Shown here: positions 41,161 to 54,215 of the stretch, one piece after another
How positions within the stretch are numbered: the stretch's first letter is position 1
Layout: every line of letters begins with the position of its first letter
Assembly (NCBI GenBank): GCA_035221665.1
Contig: CM069174.1
Coordinates: 10,726,001-10,790,000 of the forward strand
Reading direction: 5' to 3'
Length of the DNA: 64,000 nucleotides
Source of the DNA: Okamejei kenojei
Lineage: Eukaryota
Made by a program: the position numbers and the translations under genes
Notes under the pieces: model-generated
The model's database searches: none
What the model saw: the letters and a program-made list of their open reading frames with translations, nothing else
Told to the model about the DNA's origin: nothing

Positions 41161-42135
41161 TCAATAACATTGGATCCCCAAAGTCAACATCCCCTTTGCA
41201 GTCATCCACACTATCGAATTGCAAACGACTTCCCATTCACTCCCAATGCTGTTTCTGACAAATATTTTTCTAGAATACCTTTTCATTCTAATCATTATTT
41301 TGCACAAACCAACCCATATCCCAACTCTAATAATTATCCAACTGCAATTTAAGAATAAAATTAGTAAAAACAAATTATTTGGACATAAAATGTGTGGTAC
41401 AGAAATGCATTGCGTTTTGCTTTCTAATTTCTTTAAGTTTGTCCCAGGTGCAACATTTCTTGTCAAAGTATTTTGTACAGATTACAGCGTAGAGATACAC
41501 GATACAAAGTGCATACATCAATATCCCAGTGAAAGGACTCTTTGTCCTGGCGATGTTACTAATTAGGCTCCCATACAAAGCTCACTCAATTACTAGAGCA
41601 TGCGTGCACAGCTTTCTAAAAGAGAGAACAAACTACCTTCAACGAGGAGGAACTGTCTCTTAGCCATTAGCACTGACATCACACCGAAGTGACTTTGTCA
41701 ATGGGCTCTTCAACGGCATAGTTGGTCCCTATCCAAAACCAGGCTCAGAAGTGACTAGTCATCAATTACGCAGACTCGTTTGCCTCTCTGCCACTTATTT
41801 CATAGCAAAGATTATAGAGCTCTGCTCTATGATGTTTGGTGCTGACTGATAGCGGATATGTCCCCTCCATTTGCCACAGCCGTCAACTGCCAGCTTGGCA
41901 CAGAGCAGGCATCACATTGTGGTTCCACTCACAAACTATGGAACTTAAAGACCACCCAGTAACAGCTGTAGCGGCGATCCACCTACCCTATTATTAACAC
42001 TTCAAAAAAAGACACACAAAATCTCATCCGAAGAGGCTGGTTGTCAATGGCAGCGACCACAGTAATTGCAAGGATGCATTTGTTGTAGGGTATAATTTCT
42101 AGATGGGTTGCACAACTTGCCTCCCAAACGTGTGA

Positions 42136-42432
42136 TGCCCCTGTCCCACTTAGGAAACCTGAACGGAAACCTCTGGAGACTTTGCGCCCCACCCAAGGTT
42201 TCCGTGTGGTTCCCGGAGGTTTTTGTCAGTCTCCCTAATGGTCGAAAGTGGTTTCCGTTTTAAAAATCGGTAATTTTTTAGTCGAAGCCGGTTGCGATGC
42301 TAGTTGAAGGTGGTTGCCGGATGACAAAAACCTCCGGGAACCGCACGGAAACCTTGGGTGGGGCGCAAAGTCTCCAGTGGTTTCCGTTCAGGTTTCCTAC
42401 GTGGGACAGGGGGCGCAAGTGGGACAGGGGCA
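42136..42432. mobile_element. MITE with long terminal inverted repeats (PIF/Harbinger-like)
   Basis: tgcccctgtcccac...gtgggacaggggca, arms about 90 bp, flanked by TGA/TTA. Confidence 0.8.
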
Positions 42433-42439
42433 TTAGTTT

Positions 42440-42630
42440 CGCTCCAAAGAGCGTCGTTCCGCTCACCGAGCGACGGCGCGGCCACCACGAGCAGGCGCGA
42501 GGAAGCCTCCTCCGCCCCGGAGCGCGCGCGGGAGAGCGAGCCCAGCCCTCCACTGCCCCACGAGGCCACGTTGTTCGACCGCTTGGCTGCGGAGCGGCAA
42601 AGGCGCGCAGCATCGCGAGTCACCTCAGAT
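42440..42630 (-). promoter_or_regulatory. CpG island; candidate first exon with GTGAGC donor near 42466
   Basis: Very high GC/CpG content, GC box ccgccc, minus-strand donor. Confidence 0.55.
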
Positions 42631-45600
42631 AGTGTTTTACTTACACTGCTAAGAAAGTTTATGATGCAAACCATTTCCTAAAGATGACCTTTGATGGGGG
42701 GGGGGGGGGGGCAACTTTAAGGTGCCTCACGCCTGCTCTCGTTTTAGAAGGGGAGAGGAAATCGTCTTCAGCGCGACGCTCCATTTGAAGTAAACTTGCT
42801 TTTGGCATTAAAAAGGCAAAACTCGAAAGGAGCATCTGCCACTTCTCATGTGCGTCAGCTATGCAGATGATCCGTCGACCCTTGACAGTCCCGCAGTTGG
42901 GGCTTTAATGGCAACTAGCATTTGTACACCGTCTTTAACGTAGTAAAATGTCATCAGATCAATTTGACACGGACCAAATAGAGGGAGGCATTGGGTCAAG
43001 CATCATCATCCAAGGTAGGTTTAAGGAATGTCTTGCAACCATGCAACACGGAAATAGGCCCTTCGGCCCCACTGTTCCATGCCGACCAAGATGCCCAATC
43101 TAAGCTAGCCTGCTTTTAGCCCATATCCAATTGTATTTTAAATGTTGTCATAATACCAGCCTCAACTACGTGCGCTAGCAGCTCGTTCCATATACCCACC
43201 ACCCTCAGTGGAAAAAGTTGCCCCTCAGCTTCCTATTAAATCTCTCTCCTCACCTTAAACACATGTTATCTCGTCCTTGATTCCCCTACTCTGGATAAAA
43301 GACTGCATTCACCCATCTATTTTCACCATAAGATCACCCCTAAACCTCCTGCACTCCAAGGTATAAAGTTCTAGCGTGCCTGGTCTCTCCCTATAGTTCA
43401 GGACCTCAAATCCAGGCAACATCCTCGTAAATCTTCTCTGCACCCTTTCCAGCGTGAAGGCATATTTCCCATAGTAGGGTGACCAAAACTAAGAACAATA
43501 CTCCAAGTGCAGTCTTATAAAAAGTGGTGGTGGGACGATGGAAAATGGATGGAGTTGCTATTAATATGACCATTTAATAAAAATCCAGTAAAATAAAGAA
43601 AGCTGCAAATTAAAATTAGGTTTTGTGTGAACCAGACACCCGATGAATGCCCCACAATGCCACCAATTGCCTGCACTTCAGTCATTTTCTATTTCATTGT
43701 GCATCCCAAGCTGGATCATAGCCCACACTAATTGCAGGGGAAAGATCCAGTTACAGAACTGCACGCAAGATTAACGCACATAAGCTCAAGCTGGTGGTCT
43801 GGCCTCCAAATACCAAAATAAATTATAGTTAGAAACCATTGGAGTTTAAAATCACTCAAACCCATCACAAATCACTTATTTGTAATGCTCCATATACCTA
43901 CTATGCCACTTTTAGATCTTGAGATATAAAAAGGAGGTAGGAGACAAAAGTTTCTACCTTTAGGAAATGGATTTCCTTCAAGGCTGCTGAGTGCACATGT
44001 CTGCAAAAGCAAAAGCAAAAATGATGTTTATCAAAAGACCAAATCAGTGGCACAAGATAGCCATGAGAAGCACCACAACCCCCGATGGCTTGGTGGAAAG
44101 AAACTGTACACATTTTATGCTACTACACAAATACATTACTACAGGCACACCTCCCAGAACATTACCCAGAGTGAGGCACAGGATAGAATACATGATCCGA
44201 ACAAAAGGGACATTATCAACAATTGTGATAGTAAGACTTAAAGAAATATGCAGTACTGTATGTACATGGATTGATAGAGGGAAAGATTGGCAATACTGGA
44301 TTGAGGTGTTCAATCTCACATGGAATGATTCTTTATCTCATTCAGAACAAGCTTCACAATCTAATTTTCTTTTAAAAACATTTCATTTCAAAAGATTCTG
44401 TCATATTCCTTGATGGAATTGGAATTCAGTTCCATGGAAAACCACAGCCCCCCCATTCCTCACTAAATTAACCACACTTCTGCAAGGAAAACCATGATTA
44501 TTAATGATCAGAAAGTGCATTGCAGATAGGGAATGACTGTACTCCCTCAACATGCTGCACTGTCCAGCACACCTCACAAGTTTGTTGTATTTGAGACCAA
44601 TTGCAGTATCCCCAATACCAAAACTCCGACCAACAATCTCAATTCAAGTCAGAACTACATAGGTTAAAGCTCCATTTGGGAAGAATTTTAAGTATTCAAA
44701 AGTGGCAGGCTTCATGTTCTAGGTGTCATATTTTTGGCAATCCAGCAATCCATTTTGGCCGATCCACCATCTCACAGAACAGATCCCACAGCATTGTTTT
44801 GCAAAAGTAGTGTCCTTTAATTAATTACCATTACTAAAACAGAATAACTAATCACTAATCTCATTGTTATTCTTGGGAGTTTGCCATGCACAATTGTCCA
44901 ATTTATTACATCAGGATCTGTAATTAAGAAAAACAAAAGTACCTGGGAAAAAAAGACTATTGAAATGCAAATCTATTCCTTTTAAACCTGTCAAAATTAG
45001 CCAAGAAACCAGAAACAAACTTGTGATTTCCTTTATCTCACTTTGCCTAACACTGAACATTTGATGCTAATTTTTCATAGGTATGGAGCATATCTAACAT
45101 AGCAACAACTATTCACAGGTGCTTAAGTCTTTGTCTGGCTAAGAAGCCATTGGCTGCATGCATAAACTGACCCAGGGGTTAAGAAAATACCCAGGCCCGC
45201 ATGATTAGATCCCTCCACACATGTAATATGATGAAGGGAAAGAGTAACATTATTTGTCAGAAACTAAAATGTCCTTAGCCTTCCATGGAGTATTTGGGAA
45301 ACCCTGCTGGTCCCAACCATAGAGGGGTGATTCCAATTGTGGTAAACACTTTTTGTTTTATTTGTATCAAAAGGGTACTTTGTTACCAGATACATGAGTG
45401 ATAAACATTAAAATGCATTTTTCCTCTCTCTTCCCCATATCTTATTCCACTCCCCTTACCTATTTACAACTGAAACACTTGAATATCCCTCAGTGAGCGA
45501 CAGGGTTCAATTTAGCTAATAATTCTGCATCGCCCCTTAAAGGAGCCTCAAGCTTGCATTTCTTATAGCACCAGAAAGAGACCAGTTTATGTTAAAAACA

Positions 45601-46184
45601 AGACTTTGCGCACTGCCAAAAAAAGCTTCAATTTAAAAAAAATTGGGAAATTGAGGATTCTTAAATATATTGGGTCAAAGAAAATGAAGTTTGGAATTAC
45701 AAGGGCAGAAGAAATAGCAAGATGGTAATCGAACACCCAGGTAAACGTTAAAAAAGTGAAGGGGACATTCACGTTAAACAATGACAGTTATTCAGTATCC
45801 TGCAATTCAGGAGCAATGTTCATGTGGAAATGATTTTCATTTTAATAAGATGTGGAAAATTATTCACCAGTTAGAGAGAAAAGCTTGCAAAGCAGAGGGT
45901 AGGTTTAATAGAATTTGGAAACGTTCACCATAAACAAAGAAAACAAAAATAACATGTTAAATAGAGCCCTAAATCTCTGGCCTTAATGCTGATGTTCTAC
46001 AACTATAAACATACCCTATCCCTGATTCTTAAATTAAAAAATATATATTTTGCTGCAAATCGCTACACTCTATTACACTCAAATGATTAAAACAAACACG
46101 TGGATACACTAACAAAAAAAAGTGGATGTACTGCACTTTTTTGAACACAAAGGGAGGAGACGACATACAAAGTTCCTTCCTCAC

Positions 46185-46790
46185 CTGCATTCCATCGCAT
46201 AGGTGAGAGATGCGCCTCGTTACGACTTGCTAGTCTTAAACTCTCTTTTCCGTCTAGTCGCCTAGTTTCCCCACCGGCGCAGTCCGATCCCAAATACCTC
46301 CATCTACAACGAAATTACAGTTCTACCTCCTCCATCCAGTACCCTCCCACCCCAACAACAGGGACAGAGAAAGGAAACGAAAACAAACCGAATAAATGAG
46401 TCCGTAACAGTTTCAAGGCGCCCGGGTTTCCAGTAAACAACCTCCCACACGAACAGGGTCCCAGCTCTGCTCCAGACATACCAACCGCAAAGCTTGTCTC
46501 CCTCAGAGTACAGGCATATACAAGTCTGCTTCCTTGTTGGGTTGCACTATGCCATACCTGAAAGAATGCTTTTTTTAAATTTATTAACAGTTTTAAAAAG
46601 AGACAGATCAGCGCTTGGGATGGCTTGAAACTGCAGTGAACCTTTTGATTGGATAATTGGGAAAGCTGGTATCTTAAAGGGAAAGATAGGCGACTTTGCC
46701 ACATTTCAACATAGGATTCCAACACATGATTCTCGAGGATTGTTTACGTGCCGCGTGCGACTCGTTGCGAGAAAGACGCGTAGCTACTAT
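46185..46790 (-). promoter_or_regulatory. Second CpG-enriched candidate promoter/first exon
   Basis: CAG|GTGAGG donor at 46184; CpG clusters at 46195-46290 and 46730-46785. Confidence 0.45.
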
Positions 46791-47914
46791 AAAAATAAAT
46801 TACTGGGGGAACTCAGCGGGTCCAGCAGCATGCGTGAAGGCAAATAGATCGCCGACATTTCGGGAAGATACCCTGGATCAGGATCGATAGTCATAGTGTA
46901 GAGGGAATAGCCAGTCCATTGGTGAGAGGGAAGGGTGAGACAGAGATAGGTTATAGGTGCGAGCAATGAGGGGATGGGATGATGGTGAGATGGAGAAGGG
47001 GAGGGGGGAGGGGTGGGGGGGGGTGTCGAGACAAGAGAATGGTAGGTAATGGGTAGAACCAGATAAGGAAAACAAAGGGGGGGGGAGAGATAGAAGAGAT
47101 TATGGAGATGGCAGAAATGCATTCGTACAAGTTAGTAGAAGTTACTACAATCCTGTCATAGTACTTTGCAAGGTGAAAGGACAATTATTTGGTTGACCAA
47201 TGTTTGTATGGCTGTTGTGAAATCAACTCTTGATTAGGACCATTAACTCTTGGTAACTGTTAAATTATAGAAATTAACCCATGTCAAAGGCTCCAAACTT
47301 GTGTCCCACTACACAGGAATGTGCTTTTTCCTCTTACCACCCCAAAATCTTCTATAAATAAAAGATCGAATAAAAATATTGGGCATCATGCAATTCAATT
47401 TTGACTTTGCCCAGAGTAGATCATGCTGTCGATCATTTCCAGGTGAAATTGCGCTGGGCACTTGCATCGTCTATTCATGTTAATCTGCCTGGCAATTCCT
47501 TGCTTCAGGTGTGTGCCAAATGATGTCATTATTCATATAATGTCAGATTCTACCTGTGCCAAGATAGCCTGGAGTAGAAATCTCTACACCACAACTGTCA
47601 TGGAACAGTCTAAGTGGAATTTGGAATGCATTACCATGTAGAATTTATTTTCTATTGAATGTGGCAGTCTGCTGACATCAGGAGACCTGACTTGGCACCT
47701 TTAGAAATCACTGCAAGTTGCTCAAACATCTTCTATATCCACGGAATATGTTGCGACTGAAAGTAAGTGTTTTTTCCAGCATTTAGGTGCTGAGATACGT
47801 ATTCAAGGATGCTTCAGCAGTGACATGCTGTCAGCACTCCATCACTGGAGAGGTCATTATGGCCATGGCTGCTACTAGGGTGAGTTGGGCACCTCGGAGC
47901 ATAAGGCAAAGACA

Positions 47915-48195
47915 TGCCAACCAGCTTATTCCTACAAAGTCTTCAGAGACACCACATTCCACCTGGACATCACTGCTGTACAGTGTATTCAAGGCTCAGC
48001 TTTTCCAAGGGTGTCATCATTGAGCTATGTGACATTCTACAGGAAGACCGTCTGTTATGCTCTCATGCTCTCCATGAAAGTCAAGTTCACATTGACTCTC
48101 AACTTCTTCACTGCAAGATCTTTCCAAGCAGTCACAGCAAATCTCTTCGATGTCTCACAAGTTGTTCCTCACTGCTGCATCAGAGAATTATTTGT
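47915..48195 (+). mobile_element. Frameshifted PIF/Harbinger transposase remnant
   Basis: Across frames: YKVFRDTTFHLDITAVQCI / RLSFSKGVIIELCDILQED / LSMKVKFTLTLNFFTARSFQAVTANLFDVSQVVPHCCIRE; resembles the HARBI1-type N-terminal HTH region. Confidence 0.7.
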
Positions 48196-48434
48196 AAAGA
48201 AATTATTTCAGTTCGGAACAGGTAGTATCCTGATCACTGGGATCTCCCAGAGATGCTGGCCTCTCATGTGTACGTTGCCATTGATTGAGTTCACATGCCC
48301 ATAAGGGCTTCCCTTAATAACCCAAACTTCCTTATGAAAGAAAAGATTTCTGTTCCCTCAATGTGCTGGTGATTGTGAATCACAAGAAGAACATGATGCA
48401 TGCCAGGTTTCTAGGAAACATTTGTGATTCCTTT

Positions 48435-48741
48435 ATCCTGAGGGAGGTCAGGTCGGGGGGAGTTCCCCCTGCGACGGGTACCATGTAATCCTGTGCTACC
48501 TGCTCCATGGTCGGATAGTCAGCGACTAAACCATCTACCCCACCTGGCTTGCCAGGTGAGGAGGGGGCTGTAGAGCCCCAGCAACACCAAAAACAAGTCC
48601 TGTCAAAGGGCGGATGAGCTCCTAGCGAGCCAACAGCCATCCACACTTCAGTAGAAGTGCGATCACTATCGTACATAGCATTGTAAGGCTACGTGCCCGT
48701 TGATGTTTTCAACAATGATGATGATGATGATGATGATGATG
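48435..48741 (+). mobile_element. Putative RTE-related non-autonomous retroposon with (GAT)n tail
   Basis: ggcttgccaggtgagg...aaaaacaagtcctgtcaaagggcggatgagc resembles RTE 5' UTRs; microsatellite tail. Confidence 0.45.
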
Positions 48742-51323
48742 AGGGAGTCCACACTCCAGACATTTACATTGCCCATTACACTGGATTGGACCCTGGGAAA
48801 GAAAGGCTGAGCCAGCATTTAATTGCCCATCACTAATTGTTGTGGAGAAGGTGGTAGAGAGCTGCTGCCGTGACCCACTGAGGTCCTTGAGATGTGGATG
48901 TGCTTGCCCACAATACTGATAGGGAGGAAGTTCCAGGATTTTGACCCAGTGACAGTGAGGGAACAACAATATATTTCCAAGTTAGGACGTGTGTGGCATG
49001 GAGGGCAACTTCCAGGTGATGGTGTTCCCATGTTTTTGTTGCCTTTGTTCTTTTAGCTGGTAGAGGGCATGGGTGTGGTAGGTTTCTTTCCACAAGGAGC
49101 ATCAGTGAACCAGATGAGAGTTTACAACAATCATGGCATTTCATGATCACCATTGCAATCACTTTTTTAATTGCTGATTTACTTACCTAGCTGAATTTAA
49201 ATTCCCCAGGTGCCACTGTGAGAATTGAACACATGCCTCCTGATCAGTGACCCAGGACGCTGGATTACCAGACCAGGAATGTAACCACTAAGTTAGAGTG
49301 GGGAACAGTTTGTACTGTACTATAGAGTGGAGAATAATATGCAAATTAATCTTTTACATCAAAGCTTGGCCAGCAGACTTCATTTGAACAATGGGAGGTA
49401 TTTATAACGTCGTTTCAGCCATGTGGAAACACTAGGGTCTCAACCCAAAACGTTGTCCGTCCATTTCCCTCAACAGATGCTGCCTGACCCACTGATTTCG
49501 TTCACCAGTAAGTTCAGCTATAGTCTAGGTACCTACCCATGAGGAAGCAGGGGAGGGAAATTAAAGCCAGAGCTCCTTGGATAACCAACAATGGACTAAA
49601 AGTAGAGAGTAATATAGAGCAGAAAAATACAAGCATACGAGAAAAGCACATGTTCCCCCCAGTGTGGGGGCGGGGGCACTCTAGTTTTAGAATCCTCTGC
49701 CCAGGGGATAAGCCTGTGTTCGTTTGTCTGTTTGTTCGTCCGTTCAGGTGAAGGCGCCATGCACACGGCAGCCAGCCAAACAGTCGCTTGTCTTTTTCGT
49801 TGTGTTTTCACTTTTAATTTAATTTAAATTTTTTGTGTACCTTGTTGTGTGTTGTTGACTGTTGGCAGACCAATTTCCCTCCGGGGATGAATAAAGTTCT
49901 ATCGTATCTTATGAAAACCTGGCTGATTATGTAAGATAAGAGGAGAAGCAAATCAAAAAGGAAATAAGAGACCAAAGATAAAATATAAGACTGGCAGCAA
50001 GTATAAAAGGGAACCTTAGTAATTTATGATTAGGAAAATGGTTGTAAGAGATGGTAATGAGATCAATCAGAGACCAAAGAGGAAATCTGCTCATACGCCA
50101 GATGGCATGGATGAGATGCTAAAACATTGTTTTATATTAGTCTTCACCAAGGAAAATTATACTGCTGGAGAGTCCCGAGCCAAAAGATCACCTATCCGTG
50201 TTCTACAGCGTTACTGCCTGATCCACTGTTACTCAAGTACTTCGTTTTTTTTATAAAGTAGCATCTGCAGTTCCTTCTAGCTCCAACAGATATTGCTTGA
50301 TGCTCAGCACAGAAGACGTAATTGAGATTCTGTATAGGCAAAAAGTGATAAAGAGGAAGTTCTAGAAAGGCTAGCTACATCTAAAGAAGACAAATCACCT
50401 GGTCCATCTGCCATGTATCCTACGTTGCTGAAGGAAATAAATGAGGACATTGTAGAAAACATGCCCATAATCTTCCAAGCATCTGTAGATTAAGGGTTGG
50501 TGCCTGAGGACTGAAAAATTGTAGATGCTATATCCTTTTTCAAAAAGTTTGTAACTACTGTATAGACCATTCTTTCTAACATTCATGGTGGCAAAGTTCT
50601 AGAATTAATAAGGACAGAATTAGCAGTCATTTGGACAAATGTAGATTGATTAGAAAGCCAAATTTTGTCAACTAACTTGATTAGGTTTTTTGCTGAAATA
50701 ACAAAGAGGATTGATGAGTTGATGTGGTATATATTATATGGCTTGTCATCAAGGTTCAAGCCATGCAATAAAAGGAGCTTGAACAGCAAGGATAGAACAT
50801 TGACAGGAAACGTAGTGAAAAAGTGCTTTTTTGTACTGAAGGGAACTGTATAGTGGAGCTCACAGAGGCAGTACTAGATCACTGCTTTTCTTCATGTATG
50901 TTGGGAACTCTGGGAGTTAATGATTTGGATCTATGGGTACAGGAAGTCCCCAGGTTACAACAGGGCTCTGTTCCTGCGAACTGTTCATAACCCAAACTGT
51001 TCTGTAAGTCAAAAGTTAACAACAGTGTGTGAGAGAGGGTCACAGAAACAGCTGGGACAGGAGGGCAAGCAGGCAAAGGAGAAGTGGTTGCCAGCTGGCC
51101 TCACTGATTCAGTGAGTGAGTGAGTGAGTCTGCTCTGATCCCCGCTTCGCTCAACTGCCCATCCCCCAATTGTTGCAGCTTGTAGGGTGGTGGTGAAGGC
51201 ACACAAACATGCCCAGATCCCATGTGGCTTATGATGCCTGCAGGCCCACAATCAGCTCTCAAGTCCTGGCAACATCCTCGTAACTCTTCTCTGCACCCTT
51301 TCCAACCTGATAACATCTTTCCT

Positions 51324-53142
51324 ATTTTTCACTTTTCAAGAAAGGAGCGAGAGTGAAAACGGGGAATTACAGACCAGTTAGCCTGACTTCGGTGGTGGGA
51401 GAGATGCTGGAGTCAATTATTAAAGAGGTAATAATGGGGTATTTGGATAGCAGTAAAAGGATTAGTCCAAGTCGGCATGGATTTATGAAAGGAAAATCAT
51501 GCTTGACTAATCTTCTGGAATTTTTTTGAGGATGTGACAAGTAAAATAGATGAAAGGGAGCCAGTGGACATAGTGTATCTTGACTTTCAGAAAGCCTTTG
51601 ATAAGGTCCCGCACGGGAGACTGGTGACTAAAATTAGAGCACATGGTATTGGGGTTAGGGTGTTGACATGGATAGAAAATTGATTGGCAGACAGGAAGCA
51701 AAGAGTAGGAGTGAACGAGTCCTTTTCAGAATGGCAGGCAGTGGCGAGTGGAGTGCCGCAAGGCTCGGTGTTGGGGCCGCAACAGTTTACCATATATATT
51801 AATGATTTGGAAGAGGGAATTAGGAGCAACACTAGCAAGTTTGCGGATGACACAAAGCTGGGTGGCAGTGTGAACTGTGAAGAGGATGTTAGGAGGTTGC
51901 AGGGTGACCTGGACAGGTTGAGTGAGTGGGCAGATGCGTGGCAGATGCAGTATAATATAGATAAATGTGAGGTTATCCACTTTGGCGGCAAAAACAAGGG
52001 GGCAGATTCTTATATCAATGGGGTTAGGTTAGGTAAGGGGGAGGTACAGCGAGACCTGGGTGTCCTTGTACACCGGTCACTGAAAGTTGGCGTGCAGGTA
52101 CAGCAGGCAGTGAAGAAAGCTAATGGAATGTGGGGGTTACACAAAAAGCTGGAGAAACTCAGCGGGTGCAGCAGCATCTAAGGAGCGAAGGAGATAGGCG
52201 ACGTTTCGGGTCGAGACCCTTCTTCAGACTGGTCAGAGATCAGGGAAACGAGAGATATAGACGGTGATGTGGAGAGATAAAGAACAATGAATGAAAGAAA
52301 TGCAAAAATGTATTGATGATAAAGGCAACAAGCCATTGTAAGCTGTTTGTGGTGTGAAAATGAGAAGCTAGTGCGACTAGGGTGGGGGAGGGAGATAGAG
52401 ATAGAGGGAATGCCAGGGCCCGAGGGCTGAGGGAGAGGTGGGAAGGGGACGAGACAGCAAGGGTTAACAGAATTGAGAAAATTCAATGTTCAAGCTAATG
52501 GAATGTTGGCCTTCATAACAAGAGGATTTCAGTAGAGGAGTAAAGAGGTTCTTCTGCAGTTGTATAGTGCTCTGGTGAGACCACATCTGGAGTATTGTGT
52601 ACAGTTTAGGTCTCCTAATTTGAGGAAGGACATCCTTGTGATTGAGGCAGTGCAGCGTAGGTTCACGAGATTGATCCCTGGATGGCGGACTGTCATATGA
52701 GGAAAGATTGAAAAGACTAGGCTTGTATTCACTGGAGTTTAGAAGGATGAGGGGGAATCTTATAGAAACATATAAAATTAAAAAAGGACTGGACAGGCTA
52801 GATGCAGGAAAAATGTTCCAATGTTGGGCGAGTCCAGAACCAGGGGCCACAGTCTTAGAATAAAAGGGAGGCCATTTAAGACTGAGGTGAGAAAAAACTT
52901 TTTCACCCAGAGAGTTGTAAATTTGTGGAATTCCCTGCCACAGAGGGCAGTGGAGGCCAAATCGCTGGATGGATTTAAGAGAGAGTTAGATAGAGCTCTA
53001 GGGGCTGGTGGAATCAAGGGATATGGGGAGAAGGCATGTTTGGTTATTGATTGGGGACGATTAGCCATGATCACAATGAATGGCGGTGCTGGCTCGAAGG
53101 GGCGAATGGCCTCCTTCTGCACCTATTTTCTATGTTTCCATG
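51324..53142 (+). mobile_element. 5'-truncated CR1 LINE (RT domain to 3' tail) with a nested insertion
   Basis: NYRPVSLT...LDFQKAFDKV...[10 protein letters not shown]...KFADDTKL...SRTRGHSLRIKG, then TTTCTATG tail; several stops and frameshifts. Confidence 0.95.
52132..52491 (-). mobile_element. Penelope-like fragment nested in CR1
   Basis: Flanked by direct repeat aagctaatggaatgt (52117-52131 and 52492-52506). Confidence 0.85.
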
Positions 53143-53521
53143 TAACACAGGGACCAAAACTGAACACAAAACTCTAAATGTGGCCTCACCAATGTCTTAT
53201 ACAACTGTAACACGACCTCGACTCCCAAAGAATTCATCTATACTCAATGTAGACACAAAAAGCTGGAATAACTCAGCAGAACAGGCAGCATCTCTGGAGA
53301 GAAGGAATGGGTGACGTTTCTGGTTGAGAACCTTCTTCAGTTCGGTTACAGAAATAAACCAGGAAATTGAGACATCCTGATCTCTCAAAGGATTTGGTCC
53401 TTCAAATATATACTACGGCGCATATCTATACTAAACAATACTCTGACTGTTAAGGCTAATATGTAGACCAAAAGCCTCCTTGACCACCCTATTTGGTAAA
53501 CTAACATCTGACTGATGCCAT

Positions 53522-54215
53522 TTTCATGCCATTTTCAAAGAATTATGTACCTGCACTGCTAGATCCCACTGCTCTGCAACACTCCCCAGAGTCCAGCCAT
53601 TCACTTTGTTAGACTGCCCAAAATGCAATACCTCGCACTTCTCTATGTTAAATTCCATCAACCATTCCTCAGCCCACCTGCCGAACTGATCAAGATCCTG
53701 TTCCAATTTTTGACAATCGGCTTCACTATGTACAAAATGTACACTTTATGTATAGTTTAGTGTCATCTGCAAACTTGCTAATCATGCCTTTTATGTTCTA
53801 ATCCACATCATTGATATAGATGACAAACAGAAATGGGCCCAAAACTGAACCCTGAGGTACACCACTAGTCACAGACCTCCAGTCTGAGAAGCAACCTTCC
53901 ACCCTCTGCTTCTCATGAAGCTAATGTTCCATCCAGTCAGCTATCTCTCCTTGGATTGCATGCAATTGAACCTTCCAGAGCAGCCTACCATGAGGAACCT
54001 TGTCAAATGCCTTACTAAAATCCATATATACTATGTCTACAACTCTGCCCTCATCAACCTTTTTGGTCACATCTTCTAAAAAAACTCAACCAGATTTGTG
54101 AGATACGATCTCCCACGTACAAATCCGTGCTGACTATCTCTAATCAGCCCTTGTCCATCTAAATGCATGTATATGTTATTCCTCAGAATACTCTAGTAAC
54201 TTTCCAACCACAGAT
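53522..54215 (-). mobile_element. Degraded CR1 RT fragment
   Basis: Homologous to 16370-17043; WAEEWLMEFNIEKCEVLHFG. Confidence 0.85.

Noticed and set aside
42278-42681. Overlapping 107-124 aa ORFs on both strands
   Set aside because: Explained by the GC-rich CpG island and MITE; no recognisable protein similarity
48435-48540. Possible HDV-like ribozyme at the head of the RTE-like element
   Set aside because: Local hairpins are present but I could not build the nested double pseudoknot
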